49,131 bases of DNA. Source: Basidiobolus meristosporus CBS 931.73. Taxonomy: Eukaryota; Fungi; Basidiobolomycota. Position 1 is the first letter of the stretch. The number at the start of each line of letters is the position of its first letter. The stretch spans positions 1 to 49,131 of the forward strand of contig MCFE01000658.1 of NCBI GenBank assembly GCA_002104905.1, read 5' to 3'. The notes beneath the pieces are model-generated. The model made no database searches. It saw nothing but the letters and a program-made list of their open reading frames with translations, and had not been told where the DNA came from. The position numbers and the translations under genes were made by a program. Positions 10,801 to 21,868 of this stretch are shown here, piece after piece.

Positions 10801-12173
10801 TACTCTGCTCTCTCTTGTTGCATTCTTTGATATATGTGGGACTTCTTGTATGCCTGCTCCATTGCCTCAGATGTCTGTGGAATTTGATCTTCCATCCCCG
10901 GAGTGATCTTGCGTTCATGTGGATCTGTGACTGCAGTAAGGAAATCTGAGGTGGTCTGGCGAGGTACGTCTTGGAATCCAAGGGAGATGAAGTATTGTCT
11001 GGCTTCTGTGGCGGGCCCGAAATAGACACAACGCCCCTCGTCTAGAACCAAGACCTTGTCGAACTCACGGTAGATACTCTCCGACGCTTGGTAGATTGTA
11101 ACCAGAGTAGCTTTGTGCATAATGTTGGTCATGATGCGCAATGATTTAATGTAGCTCAGTGCGGATGAAGCATCCAATCCCTTGGTACTGCCATCCCACA
11201 TGTTAATGGCCGCACGGGCAGTCATCTGCTCAGCAATAGATAGACGCTTTCTTTCGCCACCAGAGACACCGCGGACAAACTCGTTACCAACCAGGGTATG
11301 AAGAGTGTGCGACAGACCAAACATCTTCAACAACGTGTCTCGGACGTTCTGAACAAAGGATTTCTTGTTTTCGTCGGGCAATCGCTTCCCTGGCGTCTTG
11401 CACTTCAGAGCAAAGTTCATTGTCTCCTGCACGGTAAGAGTCGGGAAATGGAAGTCATCCTCGGGGTTGTATGCTACCTCGCCAGTGTACTTCTTGGCAA
11501 ATTCTTCTGCGGAAATGCCACCGTAAGAGACGTCCCCTTCGATCTTCTTGTACTGCTTTCGCTCATTTGAAAGCACTCTCAACAGGGTGGAGCAACCAGC
11601 GCCTGGCCTACCCAGTACAAACAGCATCTCTCCGTCTTTGCAGAAGCCATCGATTTCGTGGAGGATCACCCTCCCTTCATCCTTGTCACCATGTTCGCGT
11701 TTGGCAAATGGGTTGAATAACCTCCCCAACTTTCGGAATGGGGTTCCACAATCAGGGGCATATACTCGGCCAACCTTATCTCCAATCACAGTTAGATTCT
11801 TGAATGTTAATCCGATTCGCTTCTCCTTGATGTCGGCATTTTTGTTTTGCAGGCATTGTGTTTGAAAGAAATCGTTCAGGTCGAAACCGTCATCTTCGCG
11901 GCCTTCCTCCAGGACGGTATCCGAGCTTGCCCGTGCGCTTCTCTGATGGATGGTCGATATGCGAGAGAGCTCTCTTCGTAGATCTTCGTATTCTCCGGTG
12001 GCTCCAATGACGTCAATGTTTGGCTCACCCTCGCCCCAGTCACCGGTGGACCCCTCGGTGTCGAAATGTGTGCGGACTCTCAGATTGGTGTCTTGAGTCT
12101 TCTCTTTCTGGCCCTCGTCTCCAAGCACGGTAGAGCCGCTGTGGCAACTCTCACGCTCATTATTAGATGACAT
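7809..12173 (-). CDS. Full-size PDR-type ABCG transporter (NBD-TMD-NBD-TMD), 1454 aa, intronless
   Basis: NBD1 GRPGAGCSTLL (degenerate Walker A), VSGGERKRLSIAE; NBD2 GASGAGKTTLL, SVEQRKRLTIGVEL, LDEPTSGLD; PDR_CDR-type extracellular cysteines. Confidence 0.97.
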   Translation of the reverse strand: MSSNNERESCHSGSTVLGDEGQKEKTQDTNLRVRTHFDTEGSTGDWGEGEPNIDVIGATGEYEDLRRELSRISTIHQRSARASSDTVLEEGREDDGFDLNDFFQTQCLQNKNADIKEKRIGLTFKNLTVIGDKVGRVYAPDCGTPFRKLGRLFNPFAKREHGDKDEGRVILHEIDGFCKDGEMLFVLGRPGAGCSTLLRVLSNERKQYKKIEGDVSYGGISAEEFAKKYTGEVAYNPEDDFHFPTLTVQETMNFALKCKTPGKRLPDENKKSFVQNVRDTLLKMFGLSHTLHTLVGNEFVRGVSGGERKRLSIAEQMTARAAINMWDGSTKGLDASSALSYIKSLRIMTNIMHKATLVTIYQASESIYREFDKVLVLDEGRCVYFGPATEARQYFISLGFQDVPRQTTSDFLTAVTDPHERKITPGMEDQIPQTSEAMEQAYKKSHIYQRMQQERAEYEDYLSRAAPEKDFRKHVEESKQKHVPNKSPYTTSYVQQVKALTLRQFQLTLGDRAALISRYSSILIKAAIVGTAFLKLPTDNTSGAFTRGGVLFFSLLFNSLVAQAEVPTAMSGRSILYKHKSFAFYYPSAYYIAQMVADIPFMMIQIILFSVILYWTAGLQAEAGKFFNFMFILLVCSFSLTAYFRMFAAYSPNFDVATRTSGLVLVAFLLYTGYLIPQNNMHGWFVWIYWINPLAYGFKALMSNEFHGLRFTCSEFDLVPRGPGYTNIDYQTCTLAGSQPGVNYVDGADYLIKSFGYNTHDMWKDTVTVICWWVLYSILAMIAMEVKQFGRGGFTLNMFKPTKKLAQETGQESRVKVDEKSDDIQLQGTTFTWHNIDYVVPAKGFPEGKQLLNKIDGWVKPGQMTALMGASGAGKTTLLDVLAQRKSIGKVTGDILVDERPIGPDFQRTTGYCEQMDVHNPAVTVRESLQFSAYLRQPAEVSKAEKDAYVEEIIRLLEMEDIADAVIGDVETGVGISVEQRKRLTIGVELVAKPKLVFLDEPTSGLDAQAAFNIIRFMRKLANQGQAVLCTIHQPSAVLFDFFDHMLLLARGGKTVYFGELGPDSKTILGYFERNGAPSCAPDANPAEYILDVINDKRALDWPSIWNESPEKKQTQQTLDHITPKQLTREELKNQREFATPFGTQLKVVWTRMALSWWRNPTYNLGRHMFCTVFSLLLGFSFYKMGHSQGELQARVFALFQSSVMGTIFMNLSQPRFIEERNVYNREHSSKMYGWKPFWLSIMLTELPFLLVTITTFWLIFYYICGYSEASAHAIYSWLMYVVFAFFTISLGQMIASFSSSKQMAALLNPFFFSMLNLFCGVVVPHNSMPGFWRAWMYWLDPFHYWIEGLVVNELHNFKVTCKPDEFYVFNPPSGQTCGQYAGQFLTKAAGYLNNYNATTGCEYCSASLGDDFFVPLGWSYHHRWRNFGFMCMFWLFNIVVTGFVIAKFRSNSR

Positions 12174-12592
12174 TGGCTTGAAGTATGTGTTGAGTGGATT
12201 TCTATGTATATGACAGTTGTTCTATGGGATCTTTCAAAGATGTACGGCTCAGGAAGGCTCTGCTAGGCTTAAATATGCCCACCCACGGTATTTCTCGGCA
12301 TCGCTTCGGCTGAAATAGACCTACGTCCCGTCAAGTATTCATTGTAGTCTAGACACCCCTTCCAGAGTTTACTTGGTATCGGATCCAAAGCTCCGATTCA
12401 CCCGACTGTATTGTGGTAGCTATGGCCATACTTCTTGCTGTAGCCACTTTGGCTTGACATACTCCAAGCGAAAACTCACGCATGATCAAACTTCCTTTTC
12501 TAACCATAGGATGCCGTTGTGCTACCGAAAATCCTCGGGAATCACCAAGAAGCCGGTAAATACAGTTGAGTAAAATACGGGCTTTCCATCAC

Positions 12593-12610
12593 TCCTAATC
12601 CGGATTAGGA
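12593..12610. promoter_or_regulatory. Perfect 18-bp palindrome TCCTAATCCGGATTAGGA
   Basis: Seen directly, about 420 bp upstream of the ABC transporter ATG; regulatory role is inference. Confidence 0.35.
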
Positions 12611-13217
12611 AATCCTATCAGCTATGTCTATCCATCTTCCTTATCGGTATCACGACTTTGCCAGATTTGGACACACTATCTTCATTTTAACTACTGAGAT
12701 CTTATCTCGACAACCACAATAACTTCGGTGGGAATCATCCCGCAGCGCCGATGTTGGAAGCCAACAATCACTAACCAGACAGCAAACGAGTGTACCAACG
12801 GCTGGTATGCTCATAGAATAGCTGCGCTCAATGACTGACACAGTCATAGAGGCGTACCAGCATCCAAGACATATCCATCCAAATGCATAATTGCTTCAAT
12901 ACGAGCGTACTGAACAAATCATTTCTAAATAGGATCATGCGACTATATGGAGAATACTACAAGCGTGTATCCTCCGTAGCCATATACAAGAAGATAAGTA
13001 ACCAAATGTGAATATCATAAATATATATTGTCTTTCCTATTTGGCTTCCTTACACATACTCGAAATGTAGTTAGCATTAACCTATATGGCTCCTTGAAAA
13101 TAATCGGGCTATAGGCAGGATAATCATTCATATTTATTTTACATATTTATTTTACACTATGCATACACACATTACTCTAGCCACTGGACTGGTAGAAGCT
13201 GCTGTAGATATTGTATG

Positions 13218-13519
13218 TGTTGCAAGGCTCTAGGGAGTATTAAAAGTGACCCAAAAATCTAATAGAAATGCATAATATTAACTTGTTAAGCTTAAAGAGG
13301 TATGTATACTTCGATGAGGGCCTTGTAGGGTTAGCTATAAAGATGTACTTCAAAAGCTTTAAGAAAGTAGTGTATCAAATTCGGGGTCTTTTGGCTAAGC
13401 TTTAAAGCTTTGTTAATATTCGGAACTTCTCAATTTATGCACTTGCCTAATATTGTAAAAGCTAATTCCCAAGAGAATAGCTCGTTACTTAGCTTTAAGC
13501 TAAATAGAAACTTACAACA
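13218..13519 (-). mobile_element. Highly diverged LTR candidate
   Basis: Bounded by TGTTGCAAG...CTTACAACA; internal AAATTCGGGGTCTTTTGGCTAAGCTTT resembles the minus-strand LTR core; no TSD seen. Confidence 0.5.
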
Positions 13520-13679
13520 TATAGATAATCAGGGTGTAAGCAAGATAAGTACAACAGCTCTCTATACCCAAATAATACACTGATTCCGTTACTTTGATCC
13601 TAGTAAATGGACTCAATTATTTCCTTACCAGAGTCTCTTACAGGATATATTAGGATCAGATATACCAGAATATTAGATG

Positions 13680-13830
13680 GAATCCTCCTAATCATATTTT
13701 ACGTGTTTATCTTGCCTAGACCATGCAAAAGTATAAATACCACTTTTACATTCAATAAGTCATCAAGTGAAAACCGCCCAATCTACTTGTTCTCTCAATC
13801 ACTTCCAATATTTCCAAGACTCTTACAAAA
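13680..13830 (+). mobile_element. Partial copia LTR (3' half)
   Basis: AAAAGTATAAATACCACTTTTACATTCAATAAG...CCAAGACTCTTACAAAA matches the LTR 3' half; left boundary approximate. Confidence 0.8.
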
Positions 13831-14121
13831 TAAGCATCTCAGATACTCACTTTGCAGCAGACAAGCAGACATCTTGTCTGGTAGCAGACTAGGCCAACTG
13901 GCATTTGTACCATTCAAATACCAGCTGTATACTAGCTAAAAATCCAATGAATTCCAGCTTTGAGACTTTTCTAAGGGATTCTGAGAATACTTTTATACCC
14001 TACACTTGCATCTCCAAAGTCTAATAGAGTTGTAAGTTTAACTCATATAACTAATAGCTCACACAGTAAAAATGAAACTTGTATATCTATTTGTAGTTTA
14101 CCTCTGAATACAATTTTTGCC

Positions 14122-14471
14122 TGTTGTAAAAAATTCGGAATTCCACCTAAATATTCACCTAACTTGGCCACTTAGATCATTGCCTTCAAATCCTAGAGAA
14201 TACTGACTAAATCTCTTGTTGGGATTCACCTGGAATATTTTCACCAAAATATCAGGTACCCAGAACATGAAAATTAGATTAATTGTATAAATAGCCACAA
14301 ACTCTGCACACATGCTCTTGGGACCTTCCTTAACCTATTCCATGTGTTTGCTATGCCAAGACCATGTAAAAGTATAAATACTACTTTTACATTCAATAAA
14401 TCATCAAGTGAAAATCATGTTATCTATTTGTTCTCCCAATCACTTCCAATATCTCCAAGACTCTTATAACA
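14122..14471 (+). mobile_element. Solo copia LTR, 350 bp
   Basis: TGTTGTAAAA...CTCTTATAACA, colinear with 41649-41998; flanks TTGCC/CAATA give no TSD. Confidence 0.92.
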
Positions 14472-14536
14472 CAATACACCAGTACTACTATAGGCTTTAT
14501 AGTTACGTCTAAGTATTTTATTGACCATGGCACTTT

Positions 14537-14870
14537 GTATTGAAAGTTTTGTAACAGCACCTGAATATTTATCCAAATTACATATATCAATGTCTATAAG
14601 CCTTAGAAAATTCTGGGAAATCGGTTGTGGGGATTTACATGAAATACTTTCATTAGAATATCAGGTACCCAAAGCATAATATGAAAATAGATTATCTGAG
14701 CAGCCACAAACTTTACACACATGCTCATGTGGCCTTCCAAAGCATATTTTATGTGCTTGTTCTGCCATTACCGTGTAAAAGTATAAATATCACATTTACA
14801 TTCATTGAATCATTAAATGAAAACCACTTGATCTACTTATTCTTGCAGTCACTTCCAATAGCTCCAGAGT
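14537..14870 (+). mobile_element. Diverged copia LTR
   Basis: Conserved blocks GGGATTTAC, ATCAGGTACCC, GTAAAAGTATAAAT, GAAAACCAC, CACTTCCAATA; boundaries approximate. Confidence 0.75.
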
Positions 14871-14889
14871 TGTTGCTGTTGCAATATTC

Positions 14890-15235
14890 TGAGGAGTATT
14901 GGCAGTGATGTGGAGAACTAGAGGATTTATATGTTATTCACTTATAGATTTCTTGATCAAAAGCATGGTATTTATACTTTTGATGAAGTAGAGCAAGCAA
15001 ACGTGTAGAGTTTGTTAAGAAAGGTCCCAAGAATATGTGTGCAAAGTTTGGGGGCTTTTGGACAGCTTTGAGAAAGATCATAATCTGGGGTACCTGATAA
15101 TTTGGTGAAAATATTCTAAGTAAATCCCGACAAGAAATTTGGTCAGGACAGAATGCTGATCAAAGAATAAGATCTATGTGACTAAGTTAGCATGAACATT
15201 TTGGTGACAACTTAATAATTACAACAATTACAACA
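14890..15235 (-). mobile_element. Diverged copia LTR, inverted relative to its neighbour
   Basis: Reverse-complement LTR blocks (GTATTTATACTTTT, GGTCCCAAG, GGTACCTG, AAAATATTCTAAGTAAATCCC); ends in a duplicated TTACAACA. Confidence 0.8.
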
Positions 15236-15249
15236 CCCAGGATATGGGA

Positions 15250-15445
15250 GGATCTTTAAGTTGTCAAGGGTCTACAAGCTTTTGGACAGATTGTTTGGAT
15301 CATCCTCAGCATATTCTGTATGTTTATTTTGCCAAGATCATATAAAAGTGTAACTACCCCTTTCATATAGTAAATCATCAAGTCAAGGTTGCATAATACT
15401 ATTGCTCTGCCAATTACTTCCAGTATTTCCAAGACTCTCACAATA
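15250..15445 (+). mobile_element. Partial diverged copia LTR
   Basis: GCCAAGATCATATAAAAG...AAATCATCAAGT...TTCCAAGACTCTCACAATA. Confidence 0.65.
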
Positions 15446-15750
15446 AATACAAGTGGGTATCATATAATTCTTCTAGCTCTCCTATACACTTCTAATACTC
15501 CCTACAACTTTACAACAAAAGTGTCAACATTACATTTGCATTCAACAAAGCACTGAGTGAGACCATGTAATACACTGGCTCTGCCAAAGACTTCCAGCAT
15601 CCCCAGAACTATGGCAGAATCTCAAACCTATAGTAGTTTTTTATAGTGGCTTGGAATTGGTACTCGGACAGCATCCTACCAAATTTTCACAGCAGCAATT
15701 TCTACTCATTCTGCAATGGGCTCCAACAATGTATGACAATAGCTTGGTTA

Positions 15751-16101
15751 TGTTGCAAGAGTATTGGAGATTTTGTAAGTGATTGGGAGAACAAGTAGAT
15801 TATGTGGCTTTCACTTGATGATTTATTGAATGCAAAAGTGGTCTTTATACTGTGGCATGGACTTGGCAAAATGAGGATGTACAGTACAATTGATAAGGCC
15901 CCATGAGCATGGGCGCAAAGTTTGGGGGGGGGCTTTGGACCACTTTAAGGGTACCTCATATCCTGGGCACCTGATGTTGTGGTAAAATATTCCAAGTAAA
16001 TCCCAGCAAGGAATTTGGACAGGATATTCCAAGATTCATAGAACATGATCCAAATGACCAAGTTGATGGAATATTTAGGTGCGATTACGAAATTTACAAC
16101 A
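15751..16101 (-). mobile_element. Solo copia LTR, 351 bp
   Basis: Minus-strand termini TGTTGTAAATTT...CTCTTGCAACA; internal blocks colinear with the family; no TSD. Confidence 0.88.
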
Positions 16102-16309
16102 TATCATTCGTCTAAATACTCCCAAGTAGTGTTAGAGTTGCTTAGCGCCAGTAGGTTTTGGCCAGTCATTGATGTTGACCACTTTTAGTGGGCCTAGTTG
16201 GTGGCCAGCTGGCGGGACTGTAAACCCAAGTAAACTGATTTTGAGTTGAGCAAAACTGCAATAGAATTCGCGGAATAGGAACAAGCAAACCCATTCCGAC
16301 CCCACCAGT

Positions 16310-17188
16310 ATGCCATCCATAGTCAACCCAACATTTACAGCAAAGATATAACTGTTTCTCGACCTGCTCAAAGAAATCAATCTGGACTTTGTTGATGGAG
16401 AGTCCGGTTCATCCATCCCAACATATCATGGGTTCCGGTGATATTACGACCCCAAACCTCACATCCATCTTTTCCGGGTCTTCCTGACATATCCCATGAT
16501 TTTCTTGAGGACGCATGAGAACCATTTGTCCCTATCATCTACCCCAAGTCTAGCAAGTGAGAGGCACGCCTGGAAATACCGAGAAAATGCTTGCCGTTGG
16601 ATACTGCCAATATGTGTGGCTCTTGGTGGGTGAAGTCGTCAGATCGGAACGATTAGTTGCGACACAAATAGGAATCCACGGGGCATCCTCGGAAGCAAAA
16701 TCGGTGAGATCGTGCCTAACCTCCTGGAACCACCACGAGCTCCTCTCCCATCGACCCCGAGCTACTCTCGCACACACAGTATACCGTCGTTTAAACACCA
16801 CAGGCTTCCTCTAATCATCCCAACCTCCCAAATGCGTGCTCCGTCTTGGGGGGAGGGGTCTGTTTGAAGAGATGGAAAGTCCCCGAATTTCGTACACATT
16901 CCACGGCATCCAGTACCTGATGATCTGCATCCGTGGCCCAGTCGGGTGACCGAAAATCCCGTTCCGTTCCACATGTGCACTGCAAACCTCACCGAACCAC
17001 CGCTTCCAAGATTCCCAGCCAATCGCTCCCAGCCCGCAGCAGGTTCGTTCAATGGAAAGAGCGTAGCGATCGGTAGTCGAGTAATTCCACATCTGAATGA
17101 TTTCGAGAAGGAAAGCACGCTTCCATCACTGGAGAAGACCGCGACCAATGACAATGGATCACGACATCATGGAAAGATGACAGATTGA
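16310..17188 (+). pseudogene. Probable pseudogene of unknown family (one frame, 4 internal stops)
   Basis: A single + frame runs about 290 codons from ATG 16310 with only TAA, TGA(16439), TGA(16631) and TGA(16865) inside; no recognisable domain. Confidence 0.4.
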
Positions 17189-17745
17189 ACCGAGCCAATC
17201 AATCACGCGTAACCAAGCCAAGATTCCATTAATGTTGCCCTAAACGAGGCCATTTCGCTTCCCCTTCCCTCCCCCCAGTTGTGCCTAATGAGGTTCAAAA
17301 ATGGCTTAACGATGAGGATCTAGATGGATGGCTTGCGTTCAGTGATTGTCATCTAAACGAACATCTTGAATCCACCTCGTCACCTTGGGTCAACAAAAGC
17401 CATATGACGGCCCGTTTCACAGGGAACTCACCAGTTTCACGATCACTGCTCTATGTGGCATTGGACTCCATCCAATTCGGGCTCGATTGGGGAGAATGGA
17501 CTACATGGTCGAATGTGCGGTGGAATTTAATAGGAAATACAATAAACAGTATGTAACACGGTGTCGATTGGTGACAAGTCTTGTAACCAATAAATCCATC
17601 TGATTAGTGGTGGTGGTACAGGGTGAGCGGTTGCAGGTGATATGGTGGTGAAGAGGATGGGTAGAGGGGATGCGGTGTGGAAAGAAGGTGGAAATATACA
17701 AAAAAATACATGGTTCGGCGTATGTGTGGGTAGGTGTGTTTGTGC

Positions 17746-18354
17746 TTACACTACACTACTGGGCGTCCTACAGTTTCGGTCACCATAGCTTAGTTTACAC
17801 CTCCACCAACTTCTGGGGGCTTCAGGCTCTTCAGAAATACCGTTCTCTTTCATGTTGTCTTGAGCGTTGAGTATACCATACGCATATCTGCTGAAGCGGA
17901 GATACTGCTCGATGTACAACACCCACTGGGTGAACTCGACTTCCGAGACGAACAAGTCGAACCCAATGGCGACCAGGAAGGTTTGCTCGACGGTGGTAAG
18001 CTCGCCAACTTCAATGCCGGAAATCCACGACCAGCTAGCGTTGGTGAAAGAGTCGTCTTCCAGGACTTTGTGGGCGAGCATGATGGCCACTACGACTGCG
18101 TGGTGCAGAGAGTCGATGGTCCGGAGGTGGGCACCTTTGGTTATTCGTTGTATGTACTTGAGTGCCAGCAGAAGCACCGAGGGGGACGCCCCGCTGTTCA
18201 GGATTACTTGCTCGACGTAGGTTCTCAAGGGCAAGCTCAATTCGGTGGTCGCAGTTTGACCGTTCCACATACGGGCCACCATGTCGGTCGTGAATGTGGC
18301 CAGCCTAGGAACAAAGTCCTCCTGTGTCGTCGAAAAAAGCTCAGAGGGAGTCAT
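17746..18354 (-). CDS. Pho80/Pcl/Clg1-like cyclin
   Basis: LRTYVEQVIL...SVLLLALKYIQR...VVAIMLAHKVLEDDSFTNASWSWISGIEVGELTTVEQTFLVAIGFDLFV is the cyclin-box pattern of this subfamily. Confidence 0.88.
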   Translation of the reverse strand: MTPSELFSTTQEDFVPRLATFTTDMVARMWNGQTATTELSLPLRTYVEQVILNSGASPSVLLLALKYIQRITKGAHLRTIDSLHHAVVVAIMLAHKVLEDDSFTNASWSWISGIEVGELTTVEQTFLVAIGFDLFVSEVEFTQWVLYIEQYLRFSRYAYGILNAQDNMKENGISEEPEAPRSWWRCKLSYGDRNCRTPSSVV

Positions 18355-19029
18355 CCAAACTGAATGGAGAGAAAATCAAAGATGCGGATTGCAGAGCCTG
18401 TAGGGATTATATGTATATGGTCCTTACAAATACTGGAGATATAGAATAAGCAACCTTCTAAATCCAACCACCGGTTTCTCCGATCTCCTTATTTATTCAA
18501 ATTTAGTCAACCGATATGATCCCGCAGTAGATAATTTAGGAAGTATGATCTATGGCAATGGAATTGGCATTGGCATTGGAAATCCAAGTTCGCGTAATTG
18601 CTAAATCCACCCCCCGAGTTTTTACGGACTAGAATCCCGAATTAGCCACCTTACACATTTTGCAGCAACACGTCTAACTTGGTTTAGTTCACGACATTAC
18701 ATTGTTCCATGTAGGGGTCATGTGCCAGTAACTGGATGCCTGAAAGCCATCAATGAAATGATCGAGGTGGTGAGTGTTGGGTAATAATCTTCCAATGGGC
18801 GTGCCATGATTCTGGGCTCGCTCCACCGCATTAAGGAATATTTAGTCGTATTGGCTGATGTAGAACGTAGGAGTATCTCTCACAAGTGACTTGATATTGA
18901 AGTGCCAACGGAAAACACATAGGTGACTGTATAGATCCAGCCCAACTCCACACTAAAAGTCATAATAGCCCACTTTCCCTTCAACCATTGTGTTTCTCTA
19001 ATACGTTGCGAGTTTGTTCTTTATAACCG

Positions 19030-20298
19030 ATGAGTGACTCGGAAAACCTGGTAAAGAACCAGCTTCAACCCAGTACCAATTACTGCCACGCTCAACAAGG
19101 AGCAGCAGGAAAAGGAAAAGCAAGAGGATCCCGATTTGAACTCGGACAAGGTAGACTCAAACAAGGATACTCCCTCAGAAGTGTCACCTGAAGCTGCTCC
19201 AGCGAAATGTGAAGAGTCAAACGAGTACGAGTATAATCAGTTAGGCAGTGACGAAGAATCCAAACCAAAGGACGAGAAAACCACACGCGAAGGGCCCAAA
19301 GCCCTGCAGGATGCAGAGGAACTTTATTCCGAGCATGATTTGCAGACCCCGGTTTCTTCAGACGCCGAAGATTTCTTTGAGGACAGCGTGGAAGAGTCTC
19401 AGCCTCTTCTGACTTCAGAGGAGAAGGACAATGATGCCCGCTTGGAAACAGCCAAAAACGAAAGGGAAAGCTCCGATGACGAAATAAAAGATGAGAAAGC
19501 CCAAGATGATTGTACAAAAGAGAAGGTGGCTAGTGAGGGAGAGGAGAAGCAGTGTCGTATATGCTATGGTGGTCTGGAGGAAGAGCCATCGTTTGGGAAA
19601 CTTATATCCCCTTGCAAATGTAAGGGAACTATGAAATACGTACATCTGGAATGCCTGAACAGTTGGAGATTGGCCAGTGGTGGTGGCAAGAGTTTTTTCG
19701 AGTGCGATAGCTGTCATTACAAATATAATTTCCAGAGAACGGCTATGGCTAAGGTGGCAACTAACCCATGTAAGCTATATTGAAAGAACCAAAGACAAGC
19801 CGACTTTATTAATACTTTTACCAATCTTTAGTTGTTCTAACTCTATTCAGCCTACTGGTGTTCGTCTTTATCATTTTCCTGGCCGGATTTCCCGTGAAGA
19901 TTGCTCTTCAACACAGTGACATGGAGGAGTTCGAGGTTTGGGATGAGTTTGACGATAACCTGATCACCATTATGGACCTGGGCCCGTTTCTTGCTCTGAC
20001 AAACATCGACTTGTTTCACATGTTGCTCGGGTTGGTCCTGGTGGGTATCATAGGGTTTTTGCACTTTTTGGTAAGCACTCTTGCCTTCGGTGGTCCGATT
20101 CCCATCATTGGTTTTGGATATCGCAACGGTGGTTTCCGTGGTAATCGTGGTGACGACCGGTTCGGTGGCGGCATACTGCTGGTTTTGGTGGCAATTGGTA
20201 TAGTCAAGGCGTTCTGGACTGTTTACAAGATCGTTCGTAGCGTGAGTCGAAGAAGCTTAGAGGCAGTAGGGGCAGCCATTCTAGAGGTTCATGAATAG
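19030..20298 (+). CDS. RING-CH (MARCH/RINGv) membrane E3 ligase
   Basis: CRICY...LISPCKCKGTMKYVHLECLNSW...CDSCHYKY followed by TM helices after an intron. The start is uncertain: ATG 19030 is out of frame with the RING exon and there is no in-frame ATG before the RING. Confidence 0.8.
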
Positions 20299-20678
20299 GA
20301 CTTTGTAGCCTCACATCTTGACCTACTCCACACGTTTTGATATGTATATATACATACATATATATACATTTATTCACTTGGTGTAATTCCTTGTGGTTTC
20401 CATTCACACTCACTAACGACTAGTATGATTTCATTGAATGATGGCTGTTCATCTTGATATTCCGAGGTTTATTCTATTCGCATAATCGTTATTAAAGTGG
20501 TCTTATGTTTGTGACATGATGAGAGCTGTGCTGATCATTCTGGCCCCAAAACGAACTTTCCCATAGAGTTGATTCGCTGATGGCTGATTTCCCGGCTAAT
20601 CCATTCCAGCAATCAGTGTTTATCATTTGCTAGAGCTGCCTTTTATTTCTTTGTCTGGACTAGCAGCGAATACTCGTC

Positions 20679-21603
20679 ATGAAGCGTAATGAAGGCCTTA
20701 GGTTGATACTCGTTATTCTTATACTGCTGTCTATCCACTACTTCCTCTGCGGGAAGCAGCTTACAGGGAATAGGCAGTACTCTGAGGAGGATAACCATGT
20801 AAGCCGTCCCTGGAATAAAGAGACCGAGTTTTTCAGCAATGGGACTCTACCAAGAGTGAAGCCCTCGGAAATTGCAATCTTGATGGCTTTTGATACCGCA
20901 CAGAGTCTCTATTTACCGCGCTCAGTCGATGATAAGCGAGAATACGCCAAGCTTCATGGGTATACATTTTTGAAAGACGGCATTTACGATACTTCTAAAC
21001 CACCGGTAAGTTTCACGACCAGCATACAATTCGTTCAACATCACTTAACATTGCAATGCCTTCAAGGTTTGGGGAAAGATCGCGAGTTTGCGAAAATACA
21101 TGAGACAATACCCAAAGATCAAGTGGTTCTGGTGGATAGACTTGGATACCCTGATTGTAGATCCTTATTATGCTCTAGAGGATCACATCCTTGGAGGAAC
21201 GCGCCATCCGCGTTTTGCGGATAAAGATATAGTTATTTCCTACGATTGTAATGGCTTCAACGCCGGAAGCTTCATGATCAGGAATTCGGAGTGGTCTCGG
21301 GAGTTCTTGAAAGAACTTTATAATCCAATCTACGACAACAGATTTGGGTATCAAGAACAGGGAACCATGCAACATCTATTTGAAACTAACCCTTCAGTCG
21401 CTGAGCACTTCTACATCGTACCGCAAAGAAATTTCAACGCATTTCCCCAATTTGCCTGCAGGGGCGAAAGGGACCATGTATTCCAAGAAGGCGATTTCTT
21501 GGTTCATCTTGCTGGCTGCTGGGCATATGGTTCAGAAATCTGTGAGCAAACATTTGAGCAATATTGGAACCGCAGGGTTCAGATTATCCAAGATGAGCTC
21601 TGA
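20679..21603 (+). CDS. GT34 family (Mnn10/Gma12-like) type II membrane glycosyltransferase, 2 exons
   Basis: N-terminal TM; DKREYAKLHGY; WFWWIDLDTLI; DCNGFNAGSFMIRNSEWS; QEQ; GDFLVHLAGC. Confidence 0.9.
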
Positions 21604-21868
21604 AATATATATATTTTTATGTAACAATGGAATCTGGGATAAAGCATAGAGGATACCAGTGCAAGTTTCCATATAAATAAATTCATTGAAACTCAATCGC
21701 ATAGTTAGGCTGAATTTTACGTAATATGCATATAATGTGACTTGCAAACATCCATTGAAATAAGGCTATTTCTTTCGTCCCTTCTGTACCACCACCCATT
21801 GCACTTTGCACAAAAGTCAGTCAGAGAGGATAAAAAACACGCGCACCTTCAAGTTACGAGAAAAGAAT

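Noticed and set aside
19030-19140. Programmed frameshift at the start of the RING-CH gene
   Set aside because: No slippery site; a 1-nt assembly error or an unrecognised upstream exon explains it more simply.
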